64,000 nt of DNA from Marsupella aquatica (lineage: Eukaryota > Plantae > Marchantiophyta), in NCBI GenBank assembly GCA_973895155.1, contig OZ316891.1, positions 24,427,899 to 24,491,898 on the forward strand, read 5' to 3'. A program made the translations under genes and the position numbers. The notes beneath the pieces were generated by a model. It was given only the letters and a program-made list of their open reading frames with translations. It made no database searches and was not told the origin of the DNA. Positions 49,973 to 61,097 of the stretch are shown here, one piece after another. Position 1 is the stretch's first letter; each line of letters begins with the position of its first letter.

Positions 49973-50701
49973 CTAAAAGTTGTCACGATTGACACTTACA
50001 CCTTGATCAAGTCTTTCCTGAACCTGCTCAATGTACCAATTATCAAGACGAGTCCTTTTCCAAGCATCTACTCGTTCTTGCTGAACACCATATATCGACA
50101 GATAACAGTCCGCTTCCTCCGAATCACATAATAACCAGGAATCAATCCTCTCATTTAAGATATCATCAGCCAACCGAGCCCAAACATCAATCGATGGGAA
50201 CGCTCTCATTGACTCACGAAAGAAGTGAGGTGTCAATTCAGGCCATCTTGTGGCACAAAATATCACAGCAGTAGTCATTGCAGCCCATGCTATGGAGTGT
50301 GTTATCAAATATCTCCATTTCTTGTTGATATGCGCAACAGACCGCACCATCAGGCACATATTCCTCACTGGAGCATCCACAAGCACAACATCTTCCAACA
50401 TTGATCGGATCCGGGGCCATATGTGCAACTCCACAAGATCATCAGGCAATCCCGGAATCAAGTTACCGGCTGGAGGGCGACATCGTAGGGGATAACGAGA
50501 GGAGGGGAGATTCCAGATGCGAGCACGGTCTTGTTCTTTACTAGCAAGAAGCGTCTGCAATTCCGATGTAAGCCTTTCTTGTGTCCTATCAATCACCATC
50601 TCACGTCCGCCTGCACTAGGATCCATAGTTTCGAACAAAGCAACAACCCTCATCCCAAGGACCCAAGCGGATTTAGGGTCGAATCTGAGCCTCGCCAACA
50701 T
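49973..50701 (-). CDS. F-box-like small protein type B (MULE-2 cargo)
   Basis: NLIPGLPDDLVELHIWPRI..VAHINKKWRYLI. Confidence 0.7.
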   Translation of the reverse strand: MLARLRFDPKSAWVLGMRVVALFETMDPSAGGREMVIDRTQERLTSELQTLLASKEQDRARIWNLPSSRYPLRCRPPAGNLIPGLPDDLVELHIWPRIRSMLEDVVLVDAPVRNMCLMVRSVAHINKKWRYLITHSIAWAAMTTAVIFCATRWPELTPHFFRESMRAFPSIDVWARLADDILNERIDSWLLCDSEEADCYLSIYGVQQERVDAWKRTRLDNWYIEQVQERLDQGVSVNRDNF

Positions 50702-50943
50702 AAATCCGTAACCCTATACTTATAACGGTCATATTATAAACCCTAACCCCCTAACCCTAGGCCCGCAACCCTGAAGTCCATGTCGGCGAGGGTCGCCAAG
50801 ATGACTCAGGAGTTACGTCGGCGAGGGTCGCCAAGATTAGATGACTCGGCGAGGGTCGCCAAGATTAGATGACACGGCGAGGGTCGCCAAGATGATCTCC
50901 TGAAGAAGGAGACAATGTTAGCGAGGGTCGCCGACATACAATG

Positions 50944-53900
50944 TCAGACGATATTGGCATTTGCTACAAGGCCGCGGACCTCAGTTAGAGTCAAGATAGG
51001 TTGGTTTACACATTGATCCGTGTCAATGTCCCTTTTACAGATGTTTGCAAAGCACCAGTACAAGTGCTTGCACGGGAAGTAGGCTCTTCCCATCGACTCC
51101 CTATACATGAAATCCTTGCAGGAGCAACTTGGGAAGACACAGATCTGGACGCAATGTACTGAAGTTTGCCCCCTGCTAGTGTTGTTCACCATGAGCCTTA
51201 TGCCGGTAGCATTCCCTGTTTCAATTCTCCTCATTGACGTGCACACAATGGCCTTGGTCTTAGCATTTTGGATACGTGCTAATGCATCCTTGGGGGGGTC
51301 TGACCTCCTTCGCCTTGCCTGGCCATTGCGGCGAGTACCATGATCGTCAGGCCTTGTAGGATCTGGCCGCTCTGGGTATGTGTTCAAATCCATGATGATG
51401 TCGCCAACACTCACTACCTCATTCATAACATCACCACCAGAAATGACATCCACTCCATTGTTGTGCAGGAAAATAACCTTTGCTTCTGTAAGATTAGTAC
51501 CACGAGAGACCGAAAACTTTGAAGGCAGTGGTGGTAGCACGCCGGTAATGAAAGGCAAAGAGGATTTTGTGCAACACTGGTTGTTCGGACAAAACCAATA
51601 CGGATATGGAACACCTGGTTCATTAAATTTACTCCCCGCCAGCCAACAAATACCAACAACACCCAATCCGCTCACTTTCAATCCTGCCTCTCTAATAAAT
51701 CGAGCACATACTCCCCGTTCCTTGCCTTTGAACGCACCTCTACAACCGGGACTCTTACCACATGTTGAGATGCGGGCCAGAAATAACGTCCCTGGCACCA
51801 AATCAGTTTCTTGAACATGTCTTCTGATGGGCTCCAGACGTGGGGTTGACCTTGTCGTCCGTTGGAGAGGTTCCACAATGACAACTTCAGGCTCGCCCGA
51901 GCCACTACCGCCATCAGAAGACAGATCCACAACTTCAGGATCTGTGCTTTTTAAGGTTGTGTCCCTGTTTGCAACCCCCTTGAACTTCCTCTTCTTTGGT
52001 CTCGTTACCAGAACAATGTCAGGCCTGTGTGAATCTTCTACTACCACATGAGCGCCAGATACGGCCTTCCCGCACTTCATAGAAACCGTTTCTACATCTC
52101 CGCTAAGTGGGTCCGCCGACGAGAACTTACGCAATTCTGGTTGAGTTATAACTGTGTTCAATTTTGAACAGAAAGATTCCACATTCCCAACAGCAGTAGC
52201 GTCTCGAAGTCGGAGTTCAAATAGGCTCGGTCCCCGCCCTTTCCTCCCACTGTGTTGGTAGTGCTCCAAAGATGCAACCTGGCTCAATGCTCGAGTTGCA
52301 TCTAAGTTACAGGACTGTACTAACCCAACCTTTCTATTAGAGGACCATTTCCGCATGACCGCATGCACCGACTCTGCCCCGCTGTGGTTAGGCATCAGCG
52401 CAGCCTTTTCTCTGTCCATCTCCTACAATTTCCAAGAAGAATGTCAATACAATTGGAAACATATCTCGGCGACCGCCGCCGATATTTGACAGAAAGCGTT
52501 ACAGACAGAGGTCGTCCAATTGAACATCCCTTCAACTGACCCCATGTCAGCGAGCTTCGCCGAGATTTGACAGATTTCATGCATATAGAGGAAAAGCGTT
52601 AGACACTTACGAGTCTCAAAAAATTTCCCCATTGAGAAAACCGAACAATCCACCAAGACATCCACATTGTGAGCTCCTTCGCTTTTCCGGGTAGCGCGTT
52701 GCCCTCGCTCCACCACGTCTTAAGCTTCTCAAAAACTCGAAATGCAAGAACTATGTTGCCGGCATGTCGAAGCGAATCTAGAATTTCCTTATGCTCAAAT
52801 CTCTTATGTGGGACAATGTGCTTCTGCACCCTCTCCACTGATTGGGCCCAGTGAAACGCATCAGAACTCTCTCTATGGGTATTTACCTTTCCATCCCAAA
52901 ATTCATTGTGGATTGCATTCCACCCAGCAGCAGCATTATCAGCCATAAAGCCACAAAATTCAACATTGATAAGCCCATGTTCTCCACACACCCTCCTCAT
53001 GACCTTCCATGCAGTTTGTAATGCCGCACTATCTTCTGAAACCAGCTCACAAACAAAGATTGTGCACAGGCCCCGATAGAAATGGTCATACACGTGTGCT
53101 GACATGGTGCACCATTTGTTGTCAAGTATATGATGCATCACATCAGACATCACCCATGAATGCTCGAGATCCCCGCTGCATTCTTCGAACAAGGTCCACC
53201 CCGGAACCAGGACCTTCTGTACTCATTTTAAAAATGTGCGGTCGCTCGTCTGTTCCCACGTTCTGGGATGGGAACAAAACACTTTGGATAAACGGAAAGG
53301 CAGTCACCTTCCGCATCTCCAGTATCATGTTAAGATCAGATGACACATGACTGTACTTCTTGATGCTCCTGATCATAGAGCGAAAAACGGATTCATCACC
53401 GAGGATGGACAACATTTCATTAAGGTCTCTTGCCTCCTCAGATGTCACCATTTCAGCCACTGGGTCTTCAAGGATATCTTTAAGTTTCTGTATTGCCTCG
53501 CCCTTGATAACAGACGGCATAGCAGTTGGACTCCTCTTCAGCTCCACCTCCACAAGATTGCGCACAACTGATCGTTGATCCTTGTTATGCGTGAACATTG
53601 CAGGATGGGTGTGATTTCCTATATGCATCGCAACACGAGACTTGTGACAATAATTCACGTCATCCTTGGTTGGAGTGATATAGTACATCTCACTTGGGCA
53701 TCGAGCTATACACCTGGGAGGCCTCTTGCAGTACGTACAAATTACACTCGACGGGGTAACATCGCGTCCAACAGGGAAAGGTAGCTCATTTGTGCCTGCT
53801 CGATCTCGGGTCCACTTTGCAGAATTGTGCTCTTGTCGCTGTTGAAAATTTTCACAATCCTCATGCAGACATCGCAGAGAACCCAAACACTTGACACTTT

Positions 53901-55121
53901 GGATCTTGTACGAGTGACTATTGTTGTTCAGCTTTGGGCCAATGTTTGCTCCTGTCTCAATTAACCGGCTCCACATGTAACAATCGTTCTTGCGCTCCAT
54001 CCCAAAGAAGAAACAACCCTTAGAGTATGGACCAGTAAAGGGTGGCAACTCAAAAATATGGTCTCCATCATAGAATTCTGGCAATCGCAGAACTCTCTCG
54101 GGCAATTTCATGCTCAAAATCTTACAAGCAACTTGTACACAACGAGAGGTCCCTTTTCCGTGCAACATGGCATGAACAACACTGACAAGGAACTCATCCT
54201 TCCATACCGAATCACCATCTTGGAGACCCTCGCGGAGGATGGATGCCTTTGAACGAGGTGTCTCCTTTGGTTGACGATAACAAGCTCCACGATCCTCCCA
54301 GAATTGGGATGTGTTTGACTGAGGTGTATTCATTGGTGAAGGTTCACCATCTCGAAGACCCCCTCTGACATGAATCCCACTGGATCGAGGTGTCTCCTTT
54401 GGTGGAGTATCACCATCTCCGCGATCCTCCCACATTCGAAATGAATTCGACCGAGGGGTACTCGTCCGAGAAGGTTCTTCATGTCGGAGACCCTCTTTGA
54501 CATGGTGTGCACTTGGTATGCACCCCGTCTTTCTGCAGAGAATATAAGACGCGCCATACTTCAGGTACCACTCTCGCTCATCTCCATCTCCTTTGGATTC
54601 AGCAGACGTGGACAACCCGTCCTCGCTCTCCTCATAAATCATGAAATATCACCCTATTCATTAAAAGTGTATTTTATTTTGTTCACTTTTAGGCCTCAAA
54701 ATGTACACTTTTTGGTCTCTAAATGTACACTTTTTAACCCCAAAAGGTATACTATAGTACAATAGTCTACACCTAAATAGTCAATTGTAAACTTGAGGGA
54801 GAAAAAATGAGCTTTACTAGAAGGAGTCTCATCCTAGTTCATTTATAAAAGATGAACATGGTGGTATGTCTGATGGCCATCACTTTTATTTCTTGCCCAA
54901 ATGTACACTTTTTGAAAGCCAAATGTACACTTTCTATTGCCCAAATGTTCACAAATTGAATAATAATTCACTTTTAATGAATAGATTGATAAATCCCCTA
55001 CCTTCAAACCAAAACGGCTCGCTACTTCATGTTCCTTAGTCACTCGGACAATGTCAACGTTAGAATTATGAAAAACAACTACATCCCCCGTTAAAGATGT
55101 GATAATCACAAGAGAGGCCAT
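50944..55121 (-). pseudogene. MULE-2 Mutator-like transposase (GCM-like, DDE, SWIM)
   Basis: Same motifs as MULE-1 (FMADNAAAGWNAI, DAFHW, GAESVHA, CSCKDF..PCKHL). Intron 52610-52423; 5-bp deletion frameshift near 53175; MITE in the first exon. Confidence 0.9.
54648..54990. mobile_element. 343-bp MITE with ~22-bp TIRs and 4-bp TSD AAAT
   Basis: ATCACCCTATTCATTAAAAGTG .. CACTTTTAATGAATAGATTGAT; AAAT at 54644-54647 and 54991-54994; empty site seen in MULE-1 near 14035-14052. Confidence 0.88.
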
Positions 55122-55489
55122 GTTTCCCGAATCCACATAGGGAATGATCTGACATCCCTTAAAACGACAAACTTTGAGGCTCAGCGTTAACGCACCTGTA
55201 CGTACCAGTTACGGCCAAGAATACCGTTCCGGACAACGTGCGTAGAGAAATCGTATGACCCAGAACGATACTTATAACGATACAACGTGCGTAGAATGAG
55301 CGTATGACCCGCAACGTACTTATAACGAGAATTGTACCGCAAAGAAGGTACCTAATTGCCAGCAGCCGCCAAGAAGGTACATTTCTGCAATGTGTGGATG
55401 TGGTACATTCTGCACGTCGTGGTCTTGAAAGTCCCATCGTGCGGGCCCACAATCCCTCGTGCGGGCCCGATCCCCTCTTTGCCCTACAT

Positions 55490-56320
55490 CAACTTTTTAT
55501 CCATACTACTCGGTGAGGGTCTCTGAGATCTATTCGGGACTCCTGGGGCCCACACTCCTGTGCAAGCTCGAGTTTCACAGTAGGAAATTTGTTGACTTTT
55601 CAACATTGACTGTTCAACATCGACTCTCCGAGTCGGAGCATCATCGACTTTTTATCCCTACTCCTACTCGGCGAGGGTCTCTGAGATCTATTCGGGACTC
55701 CTGGGGCCCACACTCCTGTGCAAGCTTGAGTTTCACAATAGGAAATTTGTTGACTTTTCAACATTGACTGTTCAACATTGACTCTCCGAGTCGGAGCATC
55801 ATCGACTTTTTATCCCTACTCCTACTCGGCGAGGGTCTCTGAGATCTATTCGGGACACCTGGGGCCCACACTCCTGTGCAAGCGAGAGTTTCTCAGTAGG
55901 AGATTTGTTGTTTTTGCAACATTGACTGTTCAACATCGACTCTCCAAGTCGGAGCATCATCGACTTTTTATCCCTACTCCTACTCGGCGAGGGTCTCTGA
56001 GATCTATTCGGGACACCTGGGGCCCACACTCCTGTGCAAGCAAGAGTTTCTCAGTAGGAGATTTGTTGTTTTTGCAACATTGACTGTTCAACATCGACTC
56101 TCCGAGTCGGAGCATCATCGACTTTTTATCCCTACTCCTACTCGGCGAGGGTCTCTGAGATCTATTTGGGACTCCTGGGGCCCACACTCCTGTGCAAGCG
56201 AGAGTTTCTCAGTAGGAGATTTGTTGTTTTTGCAACATTGACTGTTCAACATTGACTCTCCGAGTCGGAGCATCATCGACTTTTGATTTCGTCTCTTACT
56301 TGGCGAGGGTCTCTGAGATG
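55490..56320. repeat. 158-bp tandem array (5 units plus partial) upstream of the MULE-2 transposase
   Basis: GAGGGTCTCTGAGAT at 55515, 55673, 55831, 55989, 56147 and 56305. Confidence 0.95.
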
Positions 56321-57419
56321 GATTTCGATGTAGGATTCCCAGATTGCCTCCTTGGTGCAGGTCTACTTCAGAGTTTGGTGTCGGTTGTTTGGAGTGCATA
56401 TCATACTCGGCGAGCCTCTCTGAGATATATTCGAGCATTGTAAAAGAGAGAAAACGCCGGTCTGTACGGATATTTGCAAAAAAAATTGGATTCATGGTAC
56501 GGAGAAGCGTTTCTAGTTCCATAATCCCATTTGGGCGAGGGTCTCCGAGATATATTCGAGCATTGTAGAGGAAAAAACGCCCAATTTGGAGTTGTCGAGT
56601 CATTTTGTACGGATAATTGTAAAAAGTTTATGGATTTATGGTACGGAGAAGTGTTTATAGTTCCATAGTCCCATTTTGACGAGGGTCTCCGACATCTTGG
56701 GTCCCATGGCGGGGGACTAGTGCCTCTCAATTCCATCTCGGAGAGGGTCTCCGAGAGACACGATGCTTGATCTGCCTTACCTTTCCTCCCGTGATATGGT
56801 CCAAGAGTTTAGAGGCATTGCCATTTCATGCACACTACTCCTTCTCGAAGAGGGTCTCTGAGAGTACAAGGTGTCTGAAGTTCTTCATCTCCTAGATAAA
56901 GTGAAGACATTTGGGGCACGCCTTTCTATGTTGGTGAGGGTCTCTAACATGGAGCAGGGGTCTTTTGGATTTAGATTGTCAACTTCCTTGTCCACAATCC
57001 TCTTTTGCGAGTGTCTCAAAACAGGATGACTGCCAGATGTGGCACACCACGCCATCTCGGAGAGGGTCTCCGAGATCTATCGGTGCTGTCTCATTGCAGC
57101 TTTGTATACCCCACCCAAGGGTATATAGGTTTAGGGTTTAGAGGTCTTTGTGAATCCCGCTATCCATTCTCGGCGAGGGTCTTTGAGATTTGGACTCGTA
57201 TTGTGGGCCCCCATTCCCTCTTTGGGACGAGGCTCCGAGATGTTGACACGTCTCAGTATTGGCCCGCTATCCATTCTCGGCGAGGGTCTTTGAGATTTGG
57301 ACTCGTATTGTGGGCCCCCATTCCCTCTTTGGGATGAGGCTCTGAGATGTTGACACGTCTCAGTATGGGCCGCAATTAATTGTTGGCGAGGGTCTTTGAG
57401 ATTTGGACCCTAAATCTCA

Positions 57420-57770
57420 TACCCCCGTACTGGGCCGTAAACCCTAGAACCTTACGTACTTTCTTGTTTGGTCGCGTACTTTCTTGTTTGGCCCGTTAAT
57501 TAACAAGATGTACGTTCTCTAGTATAGTTCGGATCTCCCGTATCCATGTACTTGTGTGCGGTGCGGTACCGGGGATCTCTTGTATCCATGGAGTACTTCC
57601 GTGCGGTGCGGTACGTGCGGTACGAGGGTCCTTCCTTACTCTTCCTCGTCACCGGTGCGGTACGTGCGGTACGAGGGTCCTTCTTCCTTACTCTTCCTCA
57701 TCACTCTTGCTCTTCACGCTTTGTTAGGGCTTTCAACGTCGTTCTCACTTATCCCTGCGCTTCCTCACTC
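57420..57770 (+). promoter_or_regulatory. GTAC-rich upstream module of the MULE-2 ParB/MTase-like gene (separated from it by the inversion)
   Basis: Homologous to 11310-11420 and 49520-49790; followed by a CT-rich 5'UTR-like stretch. Confidence 0.55.
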
Positions 57771-58250
57771 TTCATCATTCACTCCCCGTCTCATTCACTC
57801 CCCGTTATTCCTCACGCATCCTCGCTCTTCCTAGGTCCCCTCCGCTCTTCATCCCAGTCTTCCAATCACGTTGGCTTTCCTCTCTTCCACTTATTCTCGG
57901 CAAGTGTGGCCGTGTGCCCTGGTTTGCGAAGGTGTTTTGAAGGCTTCACCTTGGCGGCGGTCGAGTCTCATAGTTTCAAGCTCTGTGCTGGTTGGCAAAG
58001 GTGATTTGAAGGTCTCAGTTTGGTTTGAGCTCGGCAGCGGTCGACTCTCAAAGTTTCAAGCTTTGTGCTGCAAAGGGTGATTTGAAGGTCTCAGTCGGCG
58101 GTGGTCGAATCACTCTCAGCGGGTTGTAGTTTCAAGCGCGGCGCTTCACCCATCTCCGAGGTTGGATCTTTTGTTCACTGCATGACTGTCTACACGATTT
58201 GAAGGTATGTTGCAAGCTCGACATGTCAAAACTTTTGCTCGGTGGGGCTC

Positions 58251-60778
58251 CATAGGGTACATCCATCTGGTACTGACTGGCCCATACTGCCCTAGCTCTT
58301 CTACCACATGGATTAGGAGATGAGTCATAACATCAAAGAAAGCAGGGGGGAAGTATATCTCCAAGTCACAGAGGACATAAGCAGCATCCTGCTTCAACTG
58401 CTCCAATCCTTGGGGATCCCACACTTTCACACATATACGGCGAAATACATTGCACAGTCGAAGAATGACATTACGGACTGGTTTCTACATGAGACCTCTG
58501 AGGCATAGGGGCAGAATGTGCTGCATCAACACATGGTATCATGTGTTTTCATACTGCCAAGTTTATTCTTTGTAATATGCTTCTTGAAGGCACCAACATA
58601 GCCAGAGGGCACTTTCAGACAGCTCAATCTATACAAGAATGTCTTCCATTCTTCCTGTGTGCACACATAGGGAGCTTGGAACTTGAGAAGTACATTGGGA
58701 TTGCTTGCATGGGGCTTCAACCAAAGGTGAGGGCGAATCCCCTTCTGTTGCATATCAGCTCGAACTGCTCTTGTATCTTTCTCACCCGACAAGAACTTCA
58801 GCAAGCTCTCACAAATATTTTTCTCAATGTGCATGACGTCCACATTGTGTTTGCTGGGCTCGAATTCCTGCACTCCACAAAGCAAAGAATTCAGCAACAA
58901 AAACACTAATTAACCACATAGGAGGATTATAACCAACATCAATCCACCATTGCTCCAATCTAAAATTGCAATCATACAGGGGCTGGAGGCTAAGTACATT
59001 ACCCTCCAGTACTCCAACTCCAAGTCCATCAAGGTCTGTCTTTTCACACCGTGTTTCACCACTGGATCCTCAGGTTCTCGATCAGTGGCACTTCTCTTGT
59101 CCCAATCAGCCTTCCTGGCTGCCCACCTCAGGACTTGCTCTCTGGTGACCCTCTGTGGTGGGCCACAAAGCTCTGTTTTGTTGTTGAAGTGTGCAATTTG
59201 AGACCGTGTGTGCGTGTAAGGATGATCAGCAGGCAGATACCTTCTATGCCCCTGAAATTTCATACTGTGCAGGGCATGCGACCACTCACTTGTCACATTT
59301 TTCCCACATGGTGTGCACCCCACATAGCCCTTTGTCACTCATCTAGAGATGATGCCATGGCCTGGGTAATCTGCTATATCCAGCAAACAAATTGCATGCA
59401 GTCTAAAGGGGCTGGGTCAAAGAAGCCCCTTAAGAACATCATGGGTTAACACCCCTTCTATCCACAAAGTCTTCCACTCTTCCACTGCTGGAGCCAACAT
59501 GATATCTATGAATTGCTTGGTCACAGAAGCTGGTCCAAGGATTAACAGCACCATCATGACAAAAAACCTCTTTGTAGTCATCCATGGGGGAAGGTTGTAA
59601 TTGAGCAGCGTAACCGGCCAACATGAATAACGGTTGTTTTTGTCTCCAAATGGGTTTACTCCATCCAGTGATAGGCCAAATCGAAAGTTCCGCTTCTCTG
59701 CAGCAAACTGTGGCCACCTCTCATCAACAAATTTCCAATGGTTGGAATCTCCAATGTGACCCTGCAGGCCATCACTGCTCTTGTTATCAGGAGTGCATGT
59801 CATCAGCTTGGAAATGGCAGGGCATCTAAACAAACATTGTAGTCTAGGAATGAGAGGAAAATGACGAAGAACCTTGGCAGGGTGTGTACATTTCCCTACA
59901 TTCTTGTACCTGTGCTTACCACAATGAGGGCATGTCAATTTATCTGCATGCTCTTTGCGAAAGAGAACACACCCATCAGGGCATGCGTCAATAGACACAT
60001 AGTTCAGCCCAAGGTTAGACATCAATTTCCTAGCCTCGTACATATTTTTTGGAATTGAATTACCATCTGGTAACACATTTTGGCGCAGGAAGGTCAACAA
60101 CTCTGTCACAAATATATTGGGAACATTGTGATTGCCACAGATGTTCAACAACAACACAACAAAGCCCAGCTTGGAGTAGTTCGACCCCTCGTAGATAGGA
60201 ATGCAAGCTTCTTTGATGTGTTTTGGGCCCCCAAACACCCACTCCCTCTCTGCTACACCTTCCCCAATGTCAAAGTCAGGTTCAGCTTGGCCGTCTCCAA
60301 TGTGTGGCTGCGGTTCATTGTCCTCTTCTGATTCCATTGTGTCGTAAAAAGCATCAAGGTCTTCAAAAATCTCTTGAACCATTCTTGGGACATCCATCCC
60401 ACCGTCTTGGTCATCCACGTTCTCATGTTGGACCCCAGGACCATCCTCTGCACAGTCTATGTCCTACTCTACGTAGTCTCTATGCCTAGCTGTATTAGAA
60501 TCCACAAAGTCAGCTCTCCACTCTTCATCAAAGGAGTCTTCTTCTGCTGGTACATTCCAAACCCTCCACCGAGGGTGCCTTTCATGCCGCAGCAGGTGAA
60601 GGTGCACAGTGTTCAAACTCAACGACTTGAATCCTTGGCACTGTGTGCATGGGCATCTCATCCTCCTACTCCTACCTTGGGCGGCCCGGGCTTGTTCACG
60701 CATCCACAATTTAGAATCATGATGCCTAATCCTAAATGGGTTGTGAAGAGGCAACCTTGGAGCCATCACTATACACAC
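58251..60778 (-). pseudogene. CACTA Tnp2/TnpD transposase N-terminal part (transposase-associated domain, Transposase_21, DUF4218-like)
   Basis: RCPCTQC..VHLHLL; IDACPDGCVLF, VLRHFPLIPRLQ, GLSLDGVNPF, YNLPPW; DVMHIEKNICE; FPPAFFDVMTHLLIH..GPVSTRWMYPME; several frameshifts. Confidence 0.93.
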
Positions 60779-61097
60779 GCACTCAGCACCCTGTCATTTT
60801 ATTATGCAAGTGAAAAATACACTTCCTGTTAAGGATTTCACCCCCGACTGTACTTGCAAAAATACGCAGCATAACGTTCCAAAAAAACAAAAAAACAAAA
60901 AATATAGATGCCTGAGTCATGTACCTATTCTCAAGTGAATGAGACAAAATTCCTAAATGTTTGAGGGTGTCAACTCCTCTGTTGTCCTCACATGTACTGC
61001 CTCTGCACGTACATCCATGACCATATCAGAGTCCAATCATGTATAGTCATAGACACAGGTGCCAGGTGCGAGACCGGTGTGAGATGTCCTCATCTTA

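Larger units (their letters stand above)
44565..58250. mobile_element. MULE-2 right part (displaced and inverted)
   Basis: Terminus GAGTAAAGGTACATCATCAGTTATCAGTGACTGATAACTGAT at 44565; contains the transposase; 58250 rejoins 36592 to restore the region homologous to 10700-10810. Confidence 0.88.
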
